DNA of 62,395 nucleotides, filler included, from Sphacelaria rigidula (Eukaryota): NCBI GenBank assembly GCA_964200075.2. It is 8 parts of 8 records of this genome, joined end to end, with 100 filler letters (N's around TTAATTAATTAA, not from the genome) between each part and the next. Parts side by side here need not be neighbours in the genome. Positions count along the whole stretch, not along the records: positions 31,250 to 38,961 come from CAXNAA020013707.1; positions 39,062 to 46,773 come from CAXNAA020013708.1; positions 46,874 to 54,584 come from CAXNAA020013709.1; 5 more parts are not named here. One strand, given 5' to 3'. Numbering within the stretch: the stretch's first letter is position 1; each line of letters starts with the position of its first letter. The position numbers were made by a program, and so were the translations under genes. Positions 35,501-47,004 of this stretch are shown here, in pieces. The notes under the pieces were generated by a model. That model did not search any database and had not been told where the DNA came from. It saw only the letters and a program-made list of their open reading frames with translations.

Positions 35501-38482
35501 GCACGAACCCATATATATGAACCAATATAGTGATTATTTCTTGTTGTGGTGTACCGCTCTGTACCCGTGTTTTTTTCTTCTCCCTCTCTCTTGATCTCCA
35601 CTCATGCCCTCGCGTGCGCGATCCGGCTGGCAACGGCACTGGCAGGAGGTGAGGGCCGGCCAACCGATTGCGCTGAGCGGTAACACGGGATTTTCGTCCG
35701 TGCCGCATCTGCATTTCGACGTCGTGAATCTGCTCCCCCAGGAAAGTGAGTACGAGTACGTGCAGTAGGTATTTAGTACCCGAGTGGATGATGGTAAACG
35801 CAAAGGGGTTTTAAAAAAACACCGCAATTGGAAGTGGAGAGTTTCTTTTTGGCATCCGGGGAGTGCGTGGCAAAGTTTCAGGTCATCTTCGGGCTCGTGT
35901 AATTCATTCGTTGCCAAGTTAAACCGGCTTCATTTTCATGCAGATGAAAGGCCGATCGGGCAGCTGCTCGTCCACAATGGACAAGAGCGACACGCAGGCT
36001 GCGATTTCGCCATCAATCCTGAACTTAACAAGCTCAAAATGGTATCACTAAAGTCTGCTCATGTGTCCTCTCAGCGAAAAGTTTATCCGCGTCGCGTATT
36101 GACATCAGTGTGTAGATACCCCCCTGCGTTGTTCTCCAATGTGCTCAGCCGACGTTACTGTGCTTCGACGGCCGGGAACATTCCCCTCTGTCGGCAGTTG
36201 AGTTGATGCAGTTTGGTATGGTCGTTGCTGTATGTTTTTGTTTCGAGGTCTTCGTCACCACCCGGATCATCTCTCACTTCCGCTGTTGTGTCAGAGTACC
36301 AGAAAGAGAACTATCGTCTCATCATTCCGCCGGATGCAATGGGACAATCTCGCCGCATTGAGTGGTGTGCCTCGACCGACCCGCGATCGGCCTTGGTGTT
36401 GTTAGAACGGGCCTAGTCTAATGGCAGTACGTACTCTGGTGCATCCCCCTCTAACGCTCCGATCGTTTGCCGGGCCTTGCGAATCGTTTTCGTTACGATA
36501 ATTGGAAAACTCTGGTGCCACTACCACTACCATTCCCTTGTGGAATATAGCGTCAGAGCTGCGGCTTCTTTCCCCTGGAGGCGTGATGACGATACCTTCG
36601 GTGGCCGCAATCTTCAGCGGCCAGCTGAGTGTTCACGGCGAGGTCGCCGCTCCCCTGGTGAGAGGGATGAGTCCGCTCGTCACGGTATTTTGGGGTCATG
36701 AGAAGGACGGCGAAGACAGCGCATCGTTACCGATTTGTTGTCAAGAGAGTACCTTTTCACCGCTCTTGTTGAAGATCGCAAGTGGATTTTGTTCATTCCG
36801 ATCGGCCAGGCAGCTCCCGAGGTTGGTTGGGTGCCTACGCAAAACACCGTTCTGGGGGTGAATTTTTGTGGGTATGTATTGTGCTTTTTTATTTTTACGA
36901 TTGCACTGTCGGCCTCTCTTTGACAGTAGTACCCGCCCTTGCCTTGCTGCAAAGAAAAGGTGTCCCTCTTCGACAGTGAAATGGAGATGGAATGCACAAG
37001 CAAGTCGAGTAACACCGGCGAGCTTGTCTTTGCTCTAACCCGAGCTCACCTTTAAATAGCGTCGCGGATACGTGAGGCATCACACGACCCAAGTATGTTC
37101 CCCTGCACTATTTAGAGATTGCATCAGAAGATCCAGCGCTCATTTGGAACGGGACGCTGTAACTGCTACATGGTACCTTTTTGTTAAAACCGAAACTCAA
37201 ACAGTGAGCGAGACGCCTGTGGTCAATTACACACACAAACTCGACAAACACCTCCGCGTTCCGCTCACAGGTTTACCTCTCCTCAGCCACTCTTGTGACG
37301 GCCACGAAGGCGGCGGCACGGGCGCCCTTGGTGCCTCTGGTGGCCAACGTTGTGGTGTTGATAGAGCGGGGGGGGGCGGGCGGACGACAAACGTTTGCCG
37401 AGGCCGCGGCGACGGCGGCAGCAGCCGTGACCCTGTCGCACTGCTGCCGGTGCGTCGGCGTCATCGTGGCCAATAACCGCTCGGGCCACGAAGTGTTCGC
37501 TATGGCACCTCCCCAGCAGGAGAAGCAAGGGCCTGTGCGGCGCCGCGGCTGCGGTGGTGGTGAAGGTGGAGGCGGAGGTGGCGGCGGTGAATTTTTCCAA
37601 ATGCAAGACCCGGAATATGACACATACTGTGATAACGACGACGACGACGACGACGATGATGATGATGACCATGGTGACAACTATACAACTGCATTCGGGT
37701 GTGATGTTTCACCGGCGGTCGCCCCCGGGCAGCGTCATCATTGGCAGACGGGGGTTCCCTACCATCAATCATACCCGGCATATCACGATGGATCAGCGGT
37801 GGGCCAGCAAGGCCAGCAACGGCAGCAACGGCCGTTCGATAGATGTGCACTCGGGGGGCGGGGGTTATCCCAGCCTCTCCCTCTTCACCCTGCGCTGTTT
37901 CCTCCATCAACCATGAAGTCCTACGGCGGGGACGGCCTCGGCGATCATACGTTGCCCGCAGCCGCCGCTGGCGCACTGGGGTACAGCAGTACCAGGCACA
38001 TTGAAAGTAAGCGAACATCCTTCACGTCCTCCTGCCCGTCGCCATCATCTTCCTACCCTGTACAGGAGGGTAACGGGAGCATCGCGCAGCTGCGGGCGCC
38101 TTTCCCGGTGATGATGGTGTCGCAAGAATCGGGCACGTGGCTCAAAGAGGCCCTTTCGGCGGCTGCGGAGGAAAACGAAGAGCAAGAACGAGAGCACGCC
38201 AGTGAACGCTTGCAGCAACCTGATTTGTTTGGCCGCCACACCGTTGCGCCGTCTCTGCCACGGGGGGTTATCGTTGGAATTAGCGCCGCCGAGAACTGCC
38301 CCGTGGTGCCTTCGCCTTCATCGTCCGCTGGGTTTTCTAGCGGCGGCGGTGGAGGTGACGACAGCAGGGAGGGAGCGTGGGCAGCTGCCCCGATGCTGTA
38401 CGGGGCGGAGACGGTGCCTGTTACGTTTGAGAGGTCGGGGAAGCCGCGACACCGGTTGCCCTGCTATGGGGCACACTACTGA
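32528..38482 (+). CDS. M23-family (LytM/lysostaphin-type) zinc metallopeptidase fused to a PA (protease-associated) domain, 5'-partial, at least 570 aa
   Basis: GT-AG exons 32528-32644, 34990-35166, 35646-35745, 36551-36657 and 37271-38482 splice in frame: QGNNTQYTHHGYLRHAFDFKLRRGSQ|ILAARDGVV...NFVAIRHPQDGTYTRYIHL..VLVCVGQ|EVRAGQPIALSGNTGFSSVPHLHFDV. PA-like motifs follow: VVLIERG, GVIVANN, PVMMVSQESGTWLK. Confidence 0.85.
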
Positions 38483-38961
38483 AAGAGATCGGTCGTGTAG
38501 ATCTTCCCGTGGGTGACGGTTCCGCTGCTTCGTTGCACAGGTGTGCGTGTTGGCTTGTCGCGGGTTGTTGTCGGTACGCGGAATCCCGTGTGCTGTCTGG
38601 TCTCACGTTTTGCTTTGTTCTGTTTTTGTTTTTGAATTTGTTTTCTTCCCCCTTCTTTTACACTTTTGTGAATGCCGTTATTTGTAGCGGACGGACTTTT
38701 GTCGTTGTTTGTCGTTGTTTGATGTGTTGTGGCGGGGCGTGGTGTGGCGTGTAGCCTGACGGTGCTCGACAGGAAAGCAAGCCCGAAGCAATAATGTGCA
38801 TTCGAGCAGCCCCCTAGTGTTAGAATGTGTGCTTGTGTTGTTTGTTTTTATAGTTGATTTAGGCGTGAATTCTTCCTCACGTACTTCCAGTAGTGTAGAC
38901 CCTTCTCCCCTTCGCGCCCGCCCCCCCCCTCTGCGATGTCAATGGTCTGATGACTATGGCA

Positions 38962-39061
38962 NNNNNNNNNNNNNNNNNNNNNNNNNNNNNNNNNNNNNNN
39001 NNNNNTTAATTAATTAANNNNNNNNNNNNNNNNNNNNNNNNNNNNNNNNNNNNNNNNNNNN
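38962..39061. other. Artificial contig spacer
   Basis: N44-TTAATTAATTAA-N44. Confidence 0.98.
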
Positions 39062-39121
39062 CACATACACCGAAAGGTGTAGACTGGTGCCCAGAATAAA
39101 TGGGACGACAACACAACACAC
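39062..39121 (+). repeat. 3' end of the same high-copy repeat that starts contig 5
   Basis: Identical to 31259-31311. Confidence 0.8.
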
Positions 39122-39971
39122 TCCAGAGAAACAGCAGCAGTCGGACCACAAAATCATGCACACCATGGCCCAGCGTTTCCATTCAAAGACTCGCTCTGCG
39201 TGCCATCGGTCCAGCTACATCTAGCACCCCTAAAGTGCCACTCAATACTACGCAAAGCGTGGCGTCGCCGTAGGAATGTTGGTCGTCAACAGCAGTAGAA
39301 GCCTGAAACTTGCTCTGCCTACCCATTGCACATGGGTTACACTACCCTGTGGTGTCCATCACACCAGGTGAGTCCTCAGCTGCACGCTCGTCACCCACCG
39401 CAAGTCGATCATGCGGATCTATATCCACCAACTTGGAATCCACTTCTCCAGCTTATCATGCACCTGCACGTGTACTGGAGGTGGACGACTCTACAGAACG
39501 GACTCACCTCTCGCACGCCTTGTCGAAGAACATCAAGCCTGGGCCATTAGTCCAATCGGGGTACATGCGGTTGAGCGCCCGGGCCACTTCCCGCTGACCT
39601 GCAGCATCAAAAAGGACACGAAAGGGGAGGGGCTCGCTCATCCAGTGCGGCGTTTTTACCAAGTAAGTAAGAGTACCTTCGTTCACCGCGGGTTTCGCAG
39701 GGGATGAAATTGTGACGTTGCCCCCAATTGAACCCCCGTAGGTCGATCACGTGTGTACCTTGCGTGTACGTCAGTCTTAAAACTCTTCATCTACGGGAAC
39801 TGTAAGTTTCTAAACCCCTAGTGTCGAAACGTAAAAAGAGAGAGAATCGGAGTTTCGTACCGTCACGCTTGCAGAGTTCAGTTTAGTGTGGGAACGTGGA
39901 TAGAAAGTTCAACAGACAAGACTCCATCGCCGCCGTGCAGCTCTGGAAGAGGAAAATCGCACGAAGGCATC

Positions 39972-42900
39972 ATGTCTTACTACAGCATAGGGAACAGCAA
40001 TGCCATCGGCGGTGGGTCTCTAGCCAAGACTGAGAATCTCCCTTCCTTGAAGCTGCGCTGCCTCGACCTCTGTGCAAGGTGAGAAAGTAGAACGACAGAG
40101 TACAAGCACACCAAATACCCTCGTAAATCAGAGTGCGGTACAGTCCGATAGAACGGAAGATTGTATGTGCACCTCTACCACTGTGCTTTCCTGTACAGCA
40201 AGGTACCGTGCACACAGGGAATGCACATGACGCACTTGTGTAAGCTTATTCGTTTCTTGACGATGTTGCCGTGCTCTCAACACCGCTGTGGTAATCAGAA
40301 CATTTTGACAGTACTGTACTGTAATCTTCTCGGAACATAATGTGCTTGCTTTTGGATGTTTGACGGCACGTTCTACCGACACCTCTCTACACAGCTTTAA
40401 CTCGGAGAACTGCAAATTTACCCGGTGCGACGGTGCCCATTACATCGCAATTGTATTATGCCATCCTGTTGAACAGTAAGGTGCTTACTGTCAGTCTACT
40501 TGTAACGTGTACGATCGGGCACTGCTGTACTTCATTGTTATCCGCACCCGTACATGCAAACTGTTGTCCTGGTATCTACCCGATAACCGGCCCATCATAA
40601 CCTTGAACAGTCACGTATAGAAAGATGGCAGAGACACAGGCGAGGACAACGCAAGACAGGACCCTACCGCCAGCCCAAGATGTCATTAATGCCGGTTCAC
40701 ATTACGACCGACGCCCGAGGAAGCGATCAATATGGCGCAGGATGTGAATGGTGAATCCAATTTCTAATGATGATTGCATCATGAATCCTCTCCGTCCGAA
40801 AGTCAATAGTAGACCCCCCGACATCATGATTGCATGTTGTTCATCCGGGGGTGACATGTTAGGACCCTGTCTTCGGCCATATCCAAGAGCGTGTCCCAGG
40901 CCGCTCCTTATGGCACACAAAAATAAAAATCTGTAAAAGTGCGTTTTGAAGCTTTTTCGTCGTTTTTCGCCCAAGAAGTGGTTTGGGCGGATGTCAAGAC
41001 CTTGGAATGCGTTGCTGTGCTCATTGAGACGGTTCCAGCACACCTGTGCGTTTTTCCAGTGGTCGCAGTTTTGGGGGGGGCAACCTTGCTTTTTCTCTGA
41101 GAGTGGTCAAGTCCAGAAAAAAATTCGGAGACTGGACGGGTCTCCGAGAAAAACGCAAGTTTGGGCGAGAAAAACACTGCGGCCACCGAAAAAACGCACA
41201 GACGTGCTGGAACCATTTAAACGAGTACAGCAAGGCATTCGAAGGTGTCAAAATCGGCACTGGGCCCACAGATGGAGGCAAGACTTATGAGTGGCAAGGT
41301 TTTTCGACCAATCAGAGTAAAATGCGGCGACCTTTTTTCAATCAGGTGAGAGATATGAGTGGGAGATGGGTCAAAAAGCAGCTCTGATTGGTCCACACAT
41401 TGCGCCGCTGCGACACAGACAGCTGCTACCGGCAATAAACGAGGATACAGCAGCTCCGTGCTGGCTCAGTTTGTTAGTCACAACCTGCACGCACCCGCCT
41501 GGCGTTTCTTCCCCGATCGCAGCACCCGACTATAACTGAAGTACCAGAGAAGACTCAACAGACAGCTGTACAGTCGTCACGGACGAATGTTTCAACCTTT
41601 CTTCGTTTCGACAGCACCTTGATCCCACCCCAATTCTGTGCAACCCGAAACACGGCATGCAGCAGTGCAACTGCTCAAACACTCTCCAGTGCACATCGCA
41701 CCGTGATCATCGTAGAGTGCTTAAATGCCCAACAGCACAGCGAGAACTACAGCATAGAAATGATGGGTTTGGGGAGCGCCTTATTCCTTTGACTCGAGAC
41801 GAAACAGGCAACACACCATGAACGTTTCAACGGTGTGTAGAGAGCACTGCGTGCCGGCAACATTATTTTTCACAGAGACGAACGGGATGACAGTATAAAG
41901 CAACTCAGGCACTCCCAGCGGAGATCAAGCCGTCTCCACAAAGGCCTGAAGACGCCACAGCGCAGCGACACCTCCAGCACGCAAGACAGAGCATGACTGT
42001 GTTTGTGCTGCAGCACAGTGGTACAGGACATGTCCCATTCGATAGTTATTTCCCTGATTTCGGGTCGGCCCTCGATTTTTGCCCAGTGGCGATTTTCAAA
42101 CGCTCAACCATGACCGCGTTCCGCGCGAGGATATTTTTGTTCACTTTGAGTTACCTCTACCTGTGGGAGGTGGGCCTTAAAATCCGCCTAGTATAGCTCT
42201 CCTTTCGGGCGTGAAATGACGTAAAAAAATCACTTGTCCAGATTTCTTACATATACGGTTCCAGATACGCCATAAGGAGCAAGCTTACCAGGCCCCCCCA
42301 AACATGCCTTTTTTACAAGTTTTGTAGAAAAGTGCTTTCTTGGCTCTTCTCCGTCGTTTCACACCCGAAAAGAGGGCTAGGCGGATGTTGCCACCTCGGG
42401 ATGTTTTGTTATACTCGTTGAGACCGTTCCAGGGCACCCTGCGTTTTCTGTAGGTCACAGTTTCGGTTTTGACCAAACTTGCATTTTCAATACAGTACAA
42501 ATTGTCTTAGTGTGCTATTAAATATGTCGTTCTGTTCGACTTTTTTCTGTTTCTTCTTTTTCTGCAGCGAATGTTTCACTTATGTTTTGTCCTGGGTACG
42601 TCTGTCATGTGACCACGGCAGGATCCTTGGGAGCTGTTAAAGTGCGACAATCAATCACATCAATCAAATCACAAACGGTCAAGATATCAAAACCCTTGTT
42701 TTTTTATTTTAGCTTGGCGGTTTGATACCGAAAATGCAAGTTTGGCCAAAAACACAACTGTGACCTGCGGAAAACGCAAATGTGCCCTGCAACGGTCTCA
42801 ATGAGTAGAGCAAGTCATTCGGAGGTGGCAACATCCCTCTAGCCCTTTTTTTGGGTGTAAAACGATGTAGAAGGGCCCAAAGGCAGTTTTCAACACGATT

Positions 42901-45501
42901 CTTTTTCTTGACACACGAGAAGTGGTCTAAGGGTCTGCTTCAGTAGGCGTAGGAAAGTGGTTGCTGAGCGGAACATTTTTTTGTGTTTCAAACCGGTCAA
43001 TCAATGCGTTATTCAGAATTATAATAAGATGCTGACAAACGTACTCCGGCTGCGACATGCAATAGCGACAGTATTTACTCTGGAACAGTATTGATGCAAG
43101 AGGAGATTTTGCTGCTGCATGAAACATGCGCAATGCCGCCCACGGGAAGTAGCGTAACTCTCTCAATTATTGCTCTACAAACGACCTGAACGTTTTTAAC
43201 GAAATGTTATATTCCGGGTCGTATTTTTGTCTGGAGGCCATGTGTGCGATACTGGCGCCGTCGGGTCGAAAGATGTACACATGTCGCTAGAAACCCTCTT
43301 TTCGGGTCGGTTCTAGGATAGCAACATTTTATTCTTTCCCTGACGCTCGTTGGAGTACAAACCCAGCGGATGTACTATCCAGTAGTGTATCAATGGCGTT
43401 GTGCGCTGTTTGGCCTCAGGAAGTACGTCCGCGTATGTACACACGCTTGGGTGTGTGCGGGGGGTCCATGCGGGGGGTCCATACGGGGGACCCTATGTGT
43501 GCACATTTGACACCTGAAAGTAAGACTGCGAACCCTCTCTCGGAGGACCTAGGACACCCAGATAACAATTTTAAGCCTCAGGGTCGTTTGCAGCAAGCCG
43601 CGAACGTGCGCAACGGTGAATTCCGCACCCCGCTGCAGTGTAGATGACTGCTGTTGCGCCGCTTTTTTTGGTGACATTCTCAATAACTTTTGTTGTGGAC
43701 CAAGCCTGTCGACGGACTGTTGCAACACTGCCGTAAGGCTATGCACCTCCCGTGCTTAATCTGTCTTGTGGTGTTCGGCGTGTTGGACTCCAGAACTTAC
43801 AATTCGGAGGATTTCGCAGCAGCCTAAATCTAGTATTGAAGTGATTGCGCCACATTTTTCTATCGTAACGTGGTTCTAGATCACACCCTTCACCGTTTTA
43901 GCACCCGCGACCTGCTGCGAGTCCTGACAGTCCCGTGGAGGGCGGCGATATTGCCGACCAGAAAAGAAGAAAAAAGCAGCAGGACTTAAGGGCGTACAAG
44001 GATACCGCGTATTTTATTTTTCGACAAGTAGCACGTGGGGTCATCAATCAATCAAGCATCGCAGCAGGCCGACATCGTTGAGCAGCCCAGGCGGGGTTTC
44101 GTTGCAGTCTAGCTTGTGTTATGCAACGCTCATGACGAGAAGAATGGCTGCGCCATGCACGCCTTCGTATCCTGCCGGGGTTGCCATTGGCGTTTTCAGC
44201 AGCAAAGATGCATACGCGTTCGCAGAGTAGCTGCTGGTGGTGTGCAAACGTCACTCCCTGCTGAGGGTACGAGCTATCTCCGTGGCGAAGGTCTAGCGGG
44301 CCCGGACCCCCCTGTCTACATGGAGTCGTTACAACGACTCCAAACCCCTTGTGGAGGAATTAAAAAAAAAAAAAAACTTCTGACCCATGGGCGCTGAACC
44401 CCTTTAGCGGCAGCCATTCTGAGAATGGAGTGAACCAGATACCGTGCTTGCTCCGCGACTCAGGCCTGGGTATTTATTTCTGGTCATTGGTGATCGGCGC
44501 TCTGTCCTCTCGGAATGAACACAAACTCGAAGCGTGTAGAATGAAGCACCGAGATCCATGCCGGGTAGATGGTTCTCGTTGTACTCGAGAAAGTCTCCTT
44601 GCTGGGGCGCAGTGCTGCGTACCGTACGTACGGTGCAATCAGTACGGGCTGCACTGACTTATACCAGCCATGACAGCACGACACAACCTCACAATAATGC
44701 AGTACGGCGCAGTCTGTGGAAGAGCTCAGTATTATAATGGATACTCAGCAGCCCTAATCTGCTATGAATAGCGTGCCGCCAACCTACAAGAACATCCATG
44801 CCTGATGTTTCCATGATAAGGAGAAGCGGACTCGGGGGCACACGATATACATCCCTCGGTTGAGTGCTGTTCCTGGAATAGACACCACGCATTTTCGGAA
44901 ATGAACGAACGACTGCACGCTGCAGGCGGCAGGTGGCAGTAAACATATTGTATGTGGGAAAACAACCACCGACAGCAGCACAAGCACAGATCTCGGGAGA
45001 CGCCGCCAGCGTGGCCATGGATGCGGAGAAACACACGCACGAGTCCAGTGTCCCGTGTGCTCACTGTGCTTGCAGCGCATTACAATACTACAAACATACC
45101 GTTTCGCGTTCAGTCTACCCCTCTCTACTTTCACAAAATGAGAAACCCAATTCAGTTAGTTTTTACCGCTTCCCCTGTGACACAGATATCGGAGAGAAAC
45201 GTGCATTGTTTTTTTGGGACAGTGAAGCCCGCGGCTGCACTGGCACTCCGCACCACCAACCGGGACACTGAACGTACTTAATATTTGTCTGCTCAATCCC
45301 AGTGGTAGCAATAAATGTGGTTGTGCGATGCATGTCGATTCTCGTATCTTCATGGCTGCTGCTTCTTTCTTTTTCTGTTTCTTTCCTTCTTTCTTATTCT
45401 GTACTTTTCTTGCTGCTCCTGGCTACGGGCTGGATTGTTGCAATCAGCCAATGTGAGATACTCAATCAACAATCAATCCATATCACCCAAACACTCCAAA
45501 C

Positions 45502-45564
<63 letters not shown>

Positions 45565-45671
45565 CCGCCGCGCGCCGCGCCGACGCCCCCCCCGCCCGCC
45601 CCCCGCCGGGGGCGGGGGGGGCGCGGCTGGTGNNNNNNNNNNACAAAACCAAAAAAACCCCCCCCCCCCCC

Positions 45672-45711
<40 letters not shown>

Positions 45712-46000
45712 AACACACCACGGCGCTCCGCGCTTGGTGGTAAAGTGCGAGCCTGGTCCGGCGAACCCGGCGTGCTCCGCCCCGGCTTTGTAGGGATGCG
45801 AGGTCAATGATCTTATGGCTATGGCATGCATGATCATGGGTACCACACACACACACACACACACACACACAACACCGCGCTTCGCGGTTGGTGATTGCGA
45901 GCCTGGTCCGGCCGAAACCCGGCGTGATCCGTCCCGGGTTTCGTGGGGATGCGAGGTCAATGGTCTTTTGACTACGACATGGCATGCATGATCATGGGTA

Positions 46001-46036
<36 letters not shown>

Positions 46037-46329
46037 CACGGCGCTTCGCGGTTGGTGATTGCGAGCCTGGTCCGGCCGAAACTCGGCGTGATCCGTCCCG
46101 GGTTTCATGGGGATGCGAGGTCAATGGTCTTTTGACTACGACATGCAAGATCATGAGTACACCCTCAACCCCCTCCCCTCCCGCGCGCCCTACACACATG
46201 TATCACAGGCACCTGGACCGCCTAGGAGACTTAGGGGACATGCCGACGGAAATGTTTATCGATTTGCTGCATAGAGCCAAGGAGAGGGCCACCCCAAACA
46301 TTGTCCAGCGCCTGCAGGATGAGAACATG
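39972..46329 (+). CDS. Elongin A-like protein (RNA polymerase II elongation factor SIII subunit A), first two exons, 3'-partial
   Basis: Exon 39972-40078 (phase 2) plus exon 46209-46329 give LPSLKLRCLDLCAR|HLDRLGDLGDMPTEMFIDLLHRAKERATPNIVQRLQDENM. This matches the BC-box (PSLxxxC) and the LGDxP...L..xExxN pattern of Elongin A. Confidence 0.7.
40903..42280. mobile_element. Non-autonomous TIR element in the Elongin A intron
   Basis: 12-bp inverted ends GCTCCTTATGGC / GCCATAAGGAGC and an internal inverted repeat at ~40985-41255. No clear target duplication. Confidence 0.45.
42330..42890. repeat. Imperfect inverted repeat with ~160-bp arms, related to the repeat at 40935-41255
   Basis: 42330-42492 pairs with ~42726-42890. 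Confidence 0.7.
45711..46160 (+). repeat. Three tandem copies of the ~135-bp acceptor-proximal repeat, separated by (CA)n
   Basis: Units at ~45711-45843, ~45872-46001 and ~46035-46160. The last ends ~47 nt before the acceptor AG at 46207-46208. Confidence 0.85.
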
Positions 46330-46773
46330 GTGAGCATAAACGCTCAAACGTCACCACGCCGACGCCGATGGTAGGACATTAGCTTGTTAGTTCAGGTTAC
46401 GCTGAGAGTTTCGTCACCTGGAGCGGTTTGAAATCCACAGCAACCCTTAGGTTCGCTCGTGAAGCTGCGTCGACCGGCTACGCCGCTGCCGACAGTTGGG
46501 GTTGTTTTAGGGAAGACGGTTGGTATATGGCGAGATGTTTACAGTTTTGATAAACGGGACCTTGCTAGATGGAGTGCGATATTTTTCTACAGAGAACATC
46601 AGTTTTGTTGTTATATACATATATAACGTACGAGTGATGAAGACCGTAGCCTACGAGCATGGTGCACTTCTGTGCCCTTTTTTTTTTTTTTTTTTTGATG
46701 TTTTGTGGTGGGAATGCACTCAATTGGGTGTTAGTTCACCTCTACTCTTCTTTATACAATAAATGAGATTCTG

Positions 46774-46873
46774 NNNNNNNNNNNNNNNNNNNNNNNNNNN
46801 NNNNNNNNNNNNNNNNNTTAATTAATTAANNNNNNNNNNNNNNNNNNNNNNNNNNNNNNNNNNNNNNNNNNNN
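46774..46873. other. Artificial contig spacer
   Basis: N44-TTAATTAATTAA-N44. Confidence 0.98.
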
Positions 46874-47004
46874 TCCCCCCCCTGCCCCCACCCCGGTCCC
46901 CGATAGTTTCCTTGCGCCCCCGCAGCCTCCGCGACGCAAGGCCCCCAGGAAATCGACCCCGACCGTGCCGCCCCTGCCAACCATAGCCGAAACCACGGCT
47001 AGGC

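Noticed and set aside
38931-38961. CTGATGA in the repeat fragment, with GAAA hairpins in other copies, suggesting a hammerhead ribozyme
   Set aside because: CTGATGA occurs in only one copy, and I could not form stems I and II around the core.
39508-39598. Exon-like minus-strand segment (QREVARALNRMYPDWTNGPGLMFFDKACE) with good splice sites, divergent from Elongin A
   Set aside because: I could not find phase-compatible neighbouring exons or recognise a domain.
45711-46160. Repeat-spacer pattern resembling a CRISPR array
   Set aside because: Units are ~135 bp, the linkers are CA microsatellites rather than unique spacers, the context is a eukaryotic intron and there are no cas genes.
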